Assembly: GCA_963787195.1 (NCBI GenBank)
Contig: CAWBCI010000026.1
Location: 129,605-193,604 of the forward strand
Length of the DNA stretch: 64,000 nt
From: an uncultured Bacteroidales bacterium
GTDB taxonomy: Bacteria > Bacteroidota > Bacteroidia > Bacteroidales > JAGOPY01
Reading direction: 5' to 3'
The position numbers and the translations under genes are program-made. Shown piece after piece: positions 54,868-64,000 of this stretch. A model generated the notes under the pieces. That model ran no database searches. It saw nothing but the letters and a program-made list of their open reading frames with translations, and was not told the origin of the DNA. Every line of letters begins with the position of its first letter. The stretch's first letter is position 1.

Positions 54868-56853
54868 CTATTTCCCCGCTTCTTCCGGTTTCACAGTCAG
54901 AATAACCGGTTCATTTATAAATCTCTCCTGGTCTTTAACCGCCCTGGCATAAGAAGGCCATTCGTCAGCCTGATAAATCCGCTTATTGAAGATGGCAAGC
55001 TGGTTCATACGCAAGGTTTTTCCGGCCAGGCTCAGCTGATAATTCCCATCAAAAGTGGCGGTGGAATCGATAAATTTGTCTTTCTCAGGCGCATATGCCA
55101 ATTCAAAAATTCCGGGAAGTTTAATTGCCTCACTTAACTCAACAAGACGTGAACAGCGATCCCTGAAAGGATAAATGCGATTTTGAAGGTCTGTATCCAT
55201 GTACAATTCCGCCATGGCCCTTTTAAGAAAACCGGAAGCAATGAATGATTTCAGGATGATATGATTATCGCTCATGAGGGCATAGCCAGGAATGCGGTAT
55301 TTGAGGCTGATCCGGATAGGCCCCTTCATATAATCATAGGGGTCGTCATATGTTGTTTCGATCAGTTGAGCTGCCGGATTAACTCTTTTCAGTTCGGCTT
55401 CGATTACATTATTCCAGTTATCCTTATAGGAAGAAGTAAACATCCTTCTAACCGCAGCATCCGACTGCCCCTCGGCCCGGATAATAATCTCTCCGCTAAG
55501 AGTTCCGTCAACAGATAATTCAGCATTTCCAAACATTCGGATGAAATGTTTTTCAGGAGGAGAAACCGGGGTAATCCCAAGGTCAGCGCCTTCAGGCAGA
55601 CCCATCAGGTAATTCTGCTGTTGCTCGGCACTTGACCAAAGTTCCCTTACAAAGGGCACCCAGGTTGGATCCAGCAAATGGTACTTCCCATCGGAAAGTT
55701 TTACGACGGTAACACTGTGATTGAACTGATCTGCCGGGATATAATCTATCCTGGAACCTGCCATAGTCATAGCCGGATAGGACTTAAAGCCCGCAGCCCG
55801 CAACATGGTGACGAGCATTCCGGCTTTATCTTTACAAACGCCGCAACGATCGGTAAAAGTCATCTCCCCTTTATGCAGGGTATATCCTTCTCCGCATCCC
55901 ATCGAAATACCTGAATAACGGACTTCATCAGCAACCCAGTGAGTAAGCCTTGAAACCGAGTCCATCTCGGTTTTTGCACCTTTTAATATCTCATCTACCT
56001 TCGCTTTGATATCCGGACTAACATCAAAACTCCCAAAATCTTCGTTTACTTTATAAAACCAAATCGATTTGGCATACCAGTCGGGACTTGTAGACATGAG
56101 GAGTTTGGGCGCCACATCCGACATAGCCACCATATTGGGTTCATGCTTCATCGGCATAATGTCCTTCTTCGAAAAAGTATATATCATCCTGTCACCTTTC
56201 CGGATGGCGGATGACTGAGCCTCCCCGTTATAGAATTCATATTGAAGCGTTTTATCGGCTGGCAGGTTGGCTATGTAAACTTTCTCCAGAACAGGTTCAT
56301 CACTCCAAAAAGGGACAATATCATAGAATTGACCTTTCATGGGAGGGATATATTTACTATCGTCATCATTTTCAGGATCTCCGAGAAGAGCATAAGTAAA
56401 GCCCTTTTTGAAGAGAAAAACCTCAACGGCATCCCCGGGATCCAAATGGCCAACCTGAATCATTTTCTCCCTGGCACCCCAATAAATCATCCTGGCGGGT
56501 GCCGGATAATCAAGTACTTTGGATGTATCAAGTACTTCGGTGTCGCCGTTTGCACGATAAATGACTACTTTCTGAATATCAACATAGGCCGAAAGCGGAT
56601 CATAATCATATTTGACAACATCCAGCTGAAGTGCTCCTTCCGGGGTAAAGACTTTATAAAGCTTATGGGTATTCACAAAAGTCAGCCCTGATTCCTGCAC
56701 ATTAGAAAATGTACTGTCGAAGATCACAAGAAGATTAGCATTAGGGTAATCTGAAGGCTTCCCGGCATTTTTTATCTGGTCTTCCACCGGGCCGGCAAAG
56801 GCTATGGGAATTATAAAAGTAGCCAGAAATATCAAAAACAATTTTTTCAACAT
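54868..56853 (-). CDS. DUF3857 / transglutaminase-like secreted protein
   Basis: Signal peptide. Transglutaminase core CGVCKDKAGMLVTMLRAAGF ... NHSVTVVKLSDGKYHLLDPT (Cys/His/Asp contexts). Confidence 0.75.
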   Translation of the reverse strand: MLKKLFLIFLATFIIPIAFAGPVEDQIKNAGKPSDYPNANLLVIFDSTFSNVQESGLTFVNTHKLYKVFTPEGALQLDVVKYDYDPLSAYVDIQKVVIYRANGDTEVLDTSKVLDYPAPARMIYWGAREKMIQVGHLDPGDAVEVFLFKKGFTYALLGDPENDDDSKYIPPMKGQFYDIVPFWSDEPVLEKVYIANLPADKTLQYEFYNGEAQSSAIRKGDRMIYTFSKKDIMPMKHEPNMVAMSDVAPKLLMSTSPDWYAKSIWFYKVNEDFGSFDVSPDIKAKVDEILKGAKTEMDSVSRLTHWVADEVRYSGISMGCGEGYTLHKGEMTFTDRCGVCKDKAGMLVTMLRAAGFKSYPAMTMAGSRIDYIPADQFNHSVTVVKLSDGKYHLLDPTWVPFVRELWSSAEQQQNYLMGLPEGADLGITPVSPPEKHFIRMFGNAELSVDGTLSGEIIIRAEGQSDAAVRRMFTSSYKDNWNNVIEAELKRVNPAAQLIETTYDDPYDYMKGPIRISLKYRIPGYALMSDNHIILKSFIASGFLKRAMAELYMDTDLQNRIYPFRDRCSRLVELSEAIKLPGIFELAYAPEKDKFIDSTATFDGNYQLSLAGKTLRMNQLAIFNKRIYQADEWPSYARAVKDQERFINEPVILTVKPEEAGK

Positions 56854-57008
56854 GATATATAGGATTTTAATTTCCTGAAAGATTTTTATTAAACCAATAT
56901 TATCCGTTCAATTATTTTAATTAATTTTTAAACAATGCGAAATTACTAATCATTTAAAATCAATTTTGAAAAAAACGGACAAAATCCAAAAAGCTTATTA
57001 TATAAGGT

Positions 57009-57818
57009 CTATTTATAGAGGATGGTGTTCCTTATTTCTTCAATTTGCCGGGAAGATAATCCTTCGGGCATAAAACCTGCGTTACGGCAGGTTAAAAATA
57101 TCTTCGCTGCTTTTGCCAGTATATCAATACGATCGAAAGCCTGGCCTACATCATCTCCAATCGAAAGTACTCCATGTTTTTCCCATAGCACAACTTTATG
57201 ACTACGAAGGGATTCAATGCTTGCATCGGCCATCTCCGAAGTTCCGGGTACACAAAAGGGCACATAGCCAATACCTTCAGGAATAAAAAAGAGCGTTTCA
57301 GTATGCATACTCCAAAGCAAACGGTTCAGGGCCTCTTCGCTTTTGTATTCAGGTATATGTGTGAGACTAATAAGCTCATGCGCATGTGTATGGAGAATTG
57401 CTTTTTCAGTTGAATTATTCAGGAGAAGCAGTTCATGGATGCCAAGGTGGGTAAGAAGCTCAGAAGACGCATCATGCGGGTTTTGAAGATCCTCGAATAG
57501 TAGCTGGAACATATCCCCGCTTTTATTGATCTTTACCAGACAAAAATTATTCCCGGGCTCATCCGGAAAATCCCTCATACGCGCCCCTTTGCGGGTAATC
57601 ATGATGAACTGTCCGGCTAAAGCCGGATAAGGCCTGTGAAGCGGGAGCAGTGGAAATGTGCGGAAATCCATCTGTATGCCGGAATAGTATTCGGACACAT
57701 TCACAGATATGTTACCTGCACCTGCTTCAGCCCATCCTCTTTCCCAGAGGAAGCCCGCGACGCGGGCTATTTCATGTGCAAGAATCCTGGCTCCTTCATT
57801 GGTTTTGGTAAGCTGCAT
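57009..57818 (-). CDS. class II aldolase, rhamnulose-1-phosphate aldolase-like
   Basis: GWAEAGAGNISV, AILHTHAHELISLTH and VPGTSEMA...VVLWEKHGVLSIG align by eye with E. coli RhaD. Confidence 0.8.
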   Translation of the reverse strand: MQLTKTNEGARILAHEIARVAGFLWERGWAEAGAGNISVNVSEYYSGIQMDFRTFPLLPLHRPYPALAGQFIMITRKGARMRDFPDEPGNNFCLVKINKSGDMFQLLFEDLQNPHDASSELLTHLGIHELLLLNNSTEKAILHTHAHELISLTHIPEYKSEEALNRLLWSMHTETLFFIPEGIGYVPFCVPGTSEMADASIESLRSHKVVLWEKHGVLSIGDDVGQAFDRIDILAKAAKIFLTCRNAGFMPEGLSSRQIEEIRNTILYK

Positions 57819-57820
57819 AT

Positions 57821-58267
57821 CTATCTCTTCCTTTTAAAAAATTCTTTTAAAATTACTGAACATTCCTCTTCCAGCACACCCGACTGAAGAATAGTTTTCG
57901 GGTGCAAAATATTTATATCCAGATTTGTAAAGCCTCTTTTTTCATCCCTTGCTCCGTAAACAATTTTTCCTATTTGTGTCCAGAACGCAGCACCCGCGCA
58001 CATTATACAGGGTTCCAGGGTAACATACAGGGTACAATCTTCAAGGTATTTGGCTCCCAGATAGTTGGAAGCAGAGGTAAAAGACTGCATCTCGGCATGG
58101 GCAGTCACATCGTTCAGGCGTTCGGTCAGGTTATGTCCGCGGGCTATGATACGTTCGTTGCACACTATTACGGCGCCTATCGGTACCTCATCCAATTCCA
58201 GGGCTTTATGTGCCTCCTTCAGGGCTTCATTCATAAAATATTCGTCGGACAGGAAATTAATGTTCAT
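57821..58267 (-). CDS. tadA: tRNA adenosine(34) deaminase
   Basis: CDA-fold zinc motifs HAEM and PCIMCAGA, with the TadA-type N-terminus EYFMNEALKEA. Confidence 0.9.
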   Translation of the reverse strand: MNINFLSDEYFMNEALKEAHKALELDEVPIGAVIVCNERIIARGHNLTERLNDVTAHAEMQSFTSASNYLGAKYLEDCTLYVTLEPCIMCAGAAFWTQIGKIVYGARDEKRGFTNLDINILHPKTILQSGVLEEECSVILKEFFKRKR

Positions 58268-58335
58268 CGGCTTAAATCTGTATATAAGACGCTAAATTAA
58301 TGCTTTATGCCTTAACTTTTTGTAAGGGAGCAAAT

Positions 58336-58360
58336 TCAAAAGAGGGACCGGGGCCCCTCT
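58336..58360 (-). terminator. terminator-like hairpin after the BNR/T9SS gene
   Basis: The reverse strand reads AGAGGG-GCCCCGGT-CCCTCT followed by TTTGAATTTG. Confidence 0.5.
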
Positions 58361-58380
58361 TTATAAGTCTGAAAATAAAC

Positions 58381-58490
58381 TACCCAGCCGCAAGCAGCGG
58401 GGTATCTTAAGGAAATATCTCTTATTCGTCTCAAGAGACGGGGAATTTAGTCCCATCAGATCCCGAATAAGACTTCGTCTTTTCGGGATC
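58381..58490. repeat. string of three REP-like imperfect hairpins
   Basis: The three hairpins are TACCCAGCCGCAAGCAGCGGGGTA, CGTCT-CAAG-AGACG and GATCCCGAATAAGAC-TTC-GTCTTTTCGGGATC. Confidence 0.5.
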
Positions 58491-58555
58491 AATTCGACTA
58501 ACAATTTTTTCTTCGCTTCGCTTGAAAAAATTGAGTCTCATTGATAAATGTTTTA

Positions 58556-61300
58556 TTATTTCTGAAGAATGATCTTTTCAGTCCTGATGCCTTCAGAAGA
58601 TTCGATTTTCAAAATATACTCCCCTGAAGGATGGGCACTAAGATCTACCTTCATGCTGCGAGCATTAACAGCCTGGTCAAATAGTTTTTGCCCTCTTGTA
58701 TTGAAAACACTCACCCGGGCATTTTCATTCAATTTCTTAGCAAAATCCAAAACAAATTCTCCCCTGGTAGGATTCGGATAAATCTTAAGCGAAGGCCCCT
58801 GAGCCAGTTCATTAAGGCCTGTTGAAATATCCCAGAAAGTTGTGGCAAGGCCCCGGCCATGGGTTGCTGCTATGACAGTATTGTCGCTGGTCCTCATCTT
58901 CAGCATATCCACTCTCACGTTAGCGAGGCCGTCATTGGCAGGCGTCCAGCTAACATCGGGCTGATCCAGGTTAGAGCTAGTCCAAATACCCATTTCGGTT
59001 GCCAGCATGGCATATTTTCCGTTTGTCGGATAATACAGGGCCCAGCGTATGGGCATATCCGGAAGATTCCCTTCAACATCGGTCCAGCTGTTTCCGCCAT
59101 CATAGGTCTGCCATACTGAAGTCACCCCGTAATTGGAGAAAGTGACCAGGAGTGTATCCTCTGAACCGCCGATAGCAACGCAGGATATATTTCCCAGCGG
59201 GAAATCATTTCCGGTAATGTCGGTAGTGATCGGTGTTCCCTGTGCGTTCTCCACCTTGAAGAGGTTTCCTGAAGCGCTGCCCAGGAAAAGTGTTGACTTA
59301 TTCACCGGTGAATACCGGGAATAGGTAAGTGCCGAGAACCAGGTGTCAAGCCCTGTATTTACCGGGATAAAGGAGCCGTTAATGGAATTGGGAATCCCCG
59401 AAATCTTCAAAATCTTATTTATATCAGTCCCTACATAATCACATGCATTATTATACAAGATCTTCAGGTTGTCGTCATAATCCGCCGGGTTCACGAATAT
59501 CCCGCTCTGCCAGTCATTCATTGATTGATAATAATTACCGTTTCTCCATAAAGTATACTGATTATAATAAACTGAAGTAATCATATACTGCGGATCCTTC
59601 TGATCGATAAAGCAATATGCCCCGTCACCACCGTCTATCATATCATTCAATCCAAAAGGAGTTCCTGTATAATAAACTGTTCCATTATCCTGCAATCCGC
59701 CGAGATATTCAGAAACCCCTGCATTTGGATTGATAGCACAGGAATAGAACTGTAAAGATCCGTATTGCTGGTTCCTTTGCTGGAAAGCTGGTGTATTTTG
59801 ACTTGCCTCATTGGTATAGAATATTCCTCCATCGCTTGTAACAAGCATTTCATTAGAAGAACCCGGTTTAAATAAGATGTCATGAATATCAGCATGCGTA
59901 TATTGGTCTCCACCACCGTAATACATCAGGACCCAGTCAGAAGCCTGTTGCCAGCTCTGGCCTCCATTGCTTGAACCATAAACATCCAGACCCCCGATAA
60001 AAACATGATCTGCATTGTTCGGGTCAACAGCTGCTTTGAGAGCATGCCAGGCAATCGTTGCCCAGAAATAATAACCCCCTGAAGGAATGGGTCTTGAATT
60101 CCATGTAACTCCGCCATCATCGGTCCGGGCAATATAACGGCCCTGGGAATATACAAATCCATCACTACTATCCACATATCCTGCTCCGAAAAGTGCATAG
60201 GCTACATTCGGATCGGAAGGGGCCGCAGCCAGCATTACCCTGTCGGGAAGGGGAAAATTGGAATTATTTTCAATGATACTCACATAATCATCAAATATGG
60301 TCCAGGTGCCTGCTATTCCCTGATCAGAATAAAGTATGGTAGCGCCTCCATCCCCGTCAATGTTGGGCATAGTACCGATGAGGATACGGCCTGAGGCGGT
60401 AATTTCAATATCTGCCGGGGAATAAGCCCTGGTGCTGCCCGGTATGAGCGGCAATACCTGATCCCAGTTTTGTCCGCCGTCAATTGAACGGTATAAACCA
60501 TCATTGGGCTGGCTGAGATGCGTCCCGTGATAATTTCCGGAAACCACGCCGGCATATATTACGCTGGTTCCGTTTTCATCTCTGATCTTGATATCTGTTA
60601 CATATTTGAATCCGCTGGTTGAAGCCAGGAGGTCCCAGCTTTGTCCTCCATCCAAAGATTTAAAAATACCCATTCCCAGTCCGGAGGATTCCCGGTAACC
60701 GATACGTGCAGTAAATGCTTCACCGGTTCCAATATACATGGTCTGGGTATTGTTCGGATCAAAGGTAATTGCGCTGATTGCCAGATCCGGCAGGAAATCA
60801 CCTACGGGGACCCAAAGCGATAAAGCACTTGTTATATTATCATTATACCAGAGTCCTCCGGTAACTGATCCGGCCCAGACTTTATTCCCGCTGGAAGCAT
60901 TCGGGTCATAGGTAACACAACGGGTACGGCCACCCATATTTGATGAAACTATGTTCCAGACAGGTGGTTCAGGTGAATCGGATTTCAAACGGGCCGATTG
61001 TTCGAGTTCCCGGGTTATTTTCCTTGCATTGATCAGCCTTTCGGACGGGACCCTTCCGTCCTTCGGGTCCAGGGTCATAAAATAATCCTGCAGGGCCGCC
61101 ATTTCCGGCTGATCTGCTTTGGCGGGACCTTCCTTTTCCTTTTCCTGAGGTTTGAATTTCAGGTACTCGCTGCGGAGCATCATGTCATATTTTTTCCTTT
61201 GATTTGCTTTGCTGTTTTTGCCTTGATTCAGTCCTGCAAAAATCATCAGTAAGGCCAGGAAGATGATAGGGAAAAGGGTAAAAACGTTGAATTTCTTCAT
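58556..61300 (-). CDS. BNR/Asp-box repeat (sortilin/Ycf48-like) secreted protein with T9SS C-terminal sorting domain
   Basis: Asp-boxes SLDGGQSW, SIDGGQNW, TDDGGVTW, SSNGGQSW and TYDGGNSW. The C-terminus is LKIYPNPTRGEFVLDF...VSVFNTRGQKLFD...GEYILKIES. Confidence 0.8.
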   Translation of the reverse strand: MKKFNVFTLFPIIFLALLMIFAGLNQGKNSKANQRKKYDMMLRSEYLKFKPQEKEKEGPAKADQPEMAALQDYFMTLDPKDGRVPSERLINARKITRELEQSARLKSDSPEPPVWNIVSSNMGGRTRCVTYDPNASSGNKVWAGSVTGGLWYNDNITSALSLWVPVGDFLPDLAISAITFDPNNTQTMYIGTGEAFTARIGYRESSGLGMGIFKSLDGGQSWDLLASTSGFKYVTDIKIRDENGTSVIYAGVVSGNYHGTHLSQPNDGLYRSIDGGQNWDQVLPLIPGSTRAYSPADIEITASGRILIGTMPNIDGDGGATILYSDQGIAGTWTIFDDYVSIIENNSNFPLPDRVMLAAAPSDPNVAYALFGAGYVDSSDGFVYSQGRYIARTDDGGVTWNSRPIPSGGYYFWATIAWHALKAAVDPNNADHVFIGGLDVYGSSNGGQSWQQASDWVLMYYGGGDQYTHADIHDILFKPGSSNEMLVTSDGGIFYTNEASQNTPAFQQRNQQYGSLQFYSCAINPNAGVSEYLGGLQDNGTVYYTGTPFGLNDMIDGGDGAYCFIDQKDPQYMITSVYYNQYTLWRNGNYYQSMNDWQSGIFVNPADYDDNLKILYNNACDYVGTDINKILKISGIPNSINGSFIPVNTGLDTWFSALTYSRYSPVNKSTLFLGSASGNLFKVENAQGTPITTDITGNDFPLGNISCVAIGGSEDTLLVTFSNYGVTSVWQTYDGGNSWTDVEGNLPDMPIRWALYYPTNGKYAMLATEMGIWTSSNLDQPDVSWTPANDGLANVRVDMLKMRTSDNTVIAATHGRGLATTFWDISTGLNELAQGPSLKIYPNPTRGEFVLDFAKKLNENARVSVFNTRGQKLFDQAVNARSMKVDLSAHPSGEYILKIESSEGIRTEKIILQK

Positions 61301-61416
61301 TTTAAAATATTTTGAACGTTTGCAAATTTTGCTTATTCCTATAGAGGAAAAGCAAATTTACATTTAATGTTCTTTGATATTTGGAAATAGGTGAGAAATT
61401 TGGGGCGAACAATTTG

Positions 61417-63000
61417 CTATCCCTCCCGGCAATGTTTCCTGTTCTTCCGCTTGCGGATGAGAAGTTTAAGCCAGACTATAGTACCAGAGATCAACAGTAT
61501 AATTGCAAATATCCCAAAAACAGGTATTAGTAAAATGTAGAAATCCCCGATAAGAAAATGAAATATCCTCCCGGTATGGACCTCCAGGGCAAAGTTCCAC
61601 CATGATATAGGACTTTTCCGGATAATTTGGTCAGGCATGGAACTAAATGCAGTATTGCTATTCAGCGGAACAGCCCCGAGATTATAATCAAAATAATATT
61701 CCCGGCCCTGATCATCTTTCAGGTACGCCGTTACCATATGATCGCTAATCGGACGGCCACTTGTGACTGTAGTTGGAACATCGCCCGTAAAAAAATCATA
61801 TACTGCCACTTTCATGGGTGACCAGAGATAAAGCCCGCTGAAGGAACCAACAAGATAGGTCCCGGGGGCATATTTGCGAAAAACATTAATGCCCATTACT
61901 GAAACCGGTGGCTGAGCATGCATCAGGGCCGGGGGACCTGAAAAGGCTGTATCCTCCATGTAAATACCTTCAGAAGTGGCCAGCAGGAAGGCTTTCATAT
62001 CTTCATCATAAAGAATGTCCCGCATCTTATCCTCCCAGGCATTCGGGCTGTCGAGCAGGGTTCCCGGAATCTTTTTAACCTGCGAGTCTGCAATAGTAAT
62101 AAGGAAAGGAGGCCTGAGGAAGGTGCCTGTCAAAGTATTCAGCAATAATAATAAAACAATGTAAATCCCGATGCGATTGTGCCATTTCGATGAAAAACGT
62201 TTTATGCGGGAATATTTCAGAAGGCTTTTCCCGGCTTTTTTTCTCCTTTTTAATATAGATGGAATGAAAAAATGCAGTATGCCTGTTATGGTCAGGAAAA
62301 TGACGATAAATCCGACCAGGTCCACTATAAGTCTTCCGACCTTGCCATAAATCTCCCCGCTATGTATGACCCAGATAGTCCGAAACAGGCTGACTGTATT
62401 GTCATAGCCCAGGGGGGCCGGGACCACGATGATAAGCGGATTGAAATTCCCCGGATCGTCATCTGCTTTAATGACTTCAGATCGCGTCAGAATATATATT
62501 TTCCCATCATTTTCTGTGAGTCCTGTAATTCTTTCTTCCTTGCCGGGGATGGGAATTTTTTTCCAAATATTTTTTTCTTTTGAATGATAATAAAGGCCGA
62601 AAAAAGTAGCTGCGTAAAGGTTTCCCCTGCGACTATGAAGTACAGAACTCACCTTGCGATTATCAATCCCCCTTGGAAACCCATCATTAAAATCTCTGAA
62701 ACCACTATAATTTCCATCAGTCAGCCAGGTCCCTATATTCCCGTATATGATGACACTGTCATTGCCAATAACTACGGATCCCTTTACGGCGGAATTGTTC
62801 CATTTATAATAGCGGTACTCCGCCGGAAGGTTCTTTCGCGGAATATCGCTGGAAGACAGAAGCTTCCGATGGTTCATCACTATGCCCGACATGGCCCAGA
62901 GTACAAACAGTAAACCGAAAATCAGACCGGGCCAGCGATGCCATTTTTTAAAGAGATTCAGGAAACGATTGTTCTTATTCTTTTTCGCTTTAACATTCAT
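61417..63000 (-). CDS. PepSY-associated TM helix domain protein
   Basis: WHRWPGLIFGLLFVLWAMSGIVMNH and WHNRIGIY motifs are present. The preferred start is the ATG at 62998-63000, which overlaps the upstream stop as TAATG. Confidence 0.8.
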   Translation of the reverse strand: MNVKAKKNKNNRFLNLFKKWHRWPGLIFGLLFVLWAMSGIVMNHRKLLSSSDIPRKNLPAEYRYYKWNNSAVKGSVVIGNDSVIIYGNIGTWLTDGNYSGFRDFNDGFPRGIDNRKVSSVLHSRRGNLYAATFFGLYYHSKEKNIWKKIPIPGKEERITGLTENDGKIYILTRSEVIKADDDPGNFNPLIIVVPAPLGYDNTVSLFRTIWVIHSGEIYGKVGRLIVDLVGFIVIFLTITGILHFFIPSILKRRKKAGKSLLKYSRIKRFSSKWHNRIGIYIVLLLLLNTLTGTFLRPPFLITIADSQVKKIPGTLLDSPNAWEDKMRDILYDEDMKAFLLATSEGIYMEDTAFSGPPALMHAQPPVSVMGINVFRKYAPGTYLVGSFSGLYLWSPMKVAVYDFFTGDVPTTVTSGRPISDHMVTAYLKDDQGREYYFDYNLGAVPLNSNTAFSSMPDQIIRKSPISWWNFALEVHTGRIFHFLIGDFYILLIPVFGIFAIILLISGTIVWLKLLIRKRKNRKHCREG

Positions 63001-63524
63001 TATTTTTTCAGGAAATAATTGAAAAAACATTCTTCTGATTCCTTGGAAGTCCAGTTTTCAAAACCCTGGGCTACTACCTTGTCAATGAGTGGCGTCGGCA
63101 TGAAGGGGGTGATCAGTTCAAAGATATCACCCGCTTCCAGTCCGCGGACTTCCTGCAGCACTTCTCCAACAGGATGCCCACCTTCTTCGATGATAGGCCG
63201 GGCATCGAGGCTTTTCCTGATTTTGGACTTATCAAACCAGGAAGGTTGAATATCCGGTGATTTGGCTCCGTCATCCAGGCCGTCCAGTTCTTCCTGTCCG
63301 GCTTTTTTTCTGAGAGCATTTACGAGCGTATGAACGGGGATTTCTCCTACTGATGCAGCTTGTTGAAGGGATGTGATCCTTGCGATTGTATTCCTCAGGA
63401 AAGGATTTTTTAATTTTTTAAATGCCGGCGCCAGATCAACGAGGGTCTCCTCCAATTCGGGATAAGCATTGAGCAGTTCGGCTATTTTTGTTTTGGGGGT
63501 GATAATCATTCCAGGACTATTCAT
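63000..63524 (-). CDS. DUF1858 plus DUF2249 two-domain protein
   Basis: The N-terminal ITPKTKIAELLNAYPELEETLVDLAPAFKKLKNPFLRNT fits DUF1858. The C-terminal DARPIIEEGGHPVGEVLQEVRGLEAGDIFELITPFMPTPLI fits DUF2249. Confidence 0.75.
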   Translation of the reverse strand: MNSPGMIITPKTKIAELLNAYPELEETLVDLAPAFKKLKNPFLRNTIARITSLQQAASVGEIPVHTLVNALRKKAGQEELDGLDDGAKSPDIQPSWFDKSKIRKSLDARPIIEEGGHPVGEVLQEVRGLEAGDIFELITPFMPTPLIDKVVAQGFENWTSKESEECFFNYFLKK

Positions 63525-63535
63525 TTCTTTATTCT

Positions 63536-64000
63536 TTAATTTCCGTAAGATAAAATTCTCTGTTCGCCTTCAAGGGCTCTTTTTGCCGTGAGATCCTGGG
63601 ATACTTCAAGCGTTCCGAGGAATTCACCCTTTTCATCCCTGAGGGCAAAATATTCAATATGTATAAATTTATCATGCATTTGTATCCAGAATGGAGCGCT
63701 CTCCTGTTTCCCGTTCCGGAAATCATCCAGGATCTTTTCCACTACACCGACACTGGATGGAGGATGGCATAATTTCACATCCCTGTTCAGGATAGCCCGT
63801 GTCCGATGGAAAATCCGTTCTTTTCCCTGGCTGAAATAGCGGACTTTTTCATTCTTATCCACAAAGGTCAGGTCAAGCGGCAGGGCATTCAATATGGCCT
63901 GTAATTCGGTTTTAGTAAAATTCCCGCTGGGTAATTGCACGATCTCAGGGTCGCCCTGATGGACCTCAGCTTCGCCGATGTCCTGCGGCTTCCATTCTAT
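63536..64000 (-). CDS. DUF438/PAS-like domain protein, C-terminal part (gene runs off the right edge)
   Basis: LPLDLTFVDKNEKVRYFSQGKERIFHRTRAILNRDVKLCHPPSS...FIHIEYFALRD fits DUF438. The frame stays open upstream of the track's GTG start to position 64000. Confidence 0.75.
   Translation of the reverse strand: MEWKPQDIGEAEVHQGDPEIVQLPSGNFTKTELQAILNALPLDLTFVDKNEKVRYFSQGKERIFHRTRAILNRDVKLCHPPSSVGVVEKILDDFRNGKQESAPFWIQMHDKFIHIEYFALRDEKGEFLGTLEVSQDLTAKRALEGEQRILSYGN

Overview
By eye this is a chromosomal segment of a Bacteroidota-type genome. Three secreted proteins carry T9SS C-terminal sorting domains, several genes have TAnnTTTG-type -7 boxes, leaders are short and lack Shine-Dalgarno sites, and DUF3857/transglutaminase pairs and PepSY_TM are present. 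I support about 60 protein genes. Most are housekeeping or envelope genes: rsmI, tdk, pheS, rnc-fabF-acpP, purN, pgi, tsaB, ubiE-crcB, dnaG, tadA, a two-component pair, TolC/adaptor, an MMPL/RND operon, and M1/M28/S1C peptidases. I recognised no rRNA, tRNA or CRISPR array, but without a covariance-model scan I cannot exclude small RNAs. Intergenic DNA is rich in repeats: a GC-rich hairpin-ended MITE-like family, REP-like hairpin strings, and short word-like tandem arrays (TCAGATT, CACCTTAT, CTACACT, and a 14-mer). Accessory content is concentrated at 37.8-44.4 kb. The main hunt candidates are: (1) an AT-rich 5.1-kb island bracketed by a 46-nt direct repeat; it holds a translationally coupled pair (wHTH-like N-domain fused to DUF488, plus an unassigned 271-aa protein) among nuclease-like genes and gene remnants, and may be an undescribed DNA-conflict module; (2) a roughly 350-nt GC-rich non-coding block with its own promoter-like box and terminator, which I could not assign to any RNA family; (3) an orphan class-III-cyclase-like gene transcribed divergently from that block; (4) a choice-of-anchor L protein with a non-T9SS, IPTL/PEP-CTERM-like C-terminal anchor. 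All family assignments come from motif recognition by eye, not from searches.
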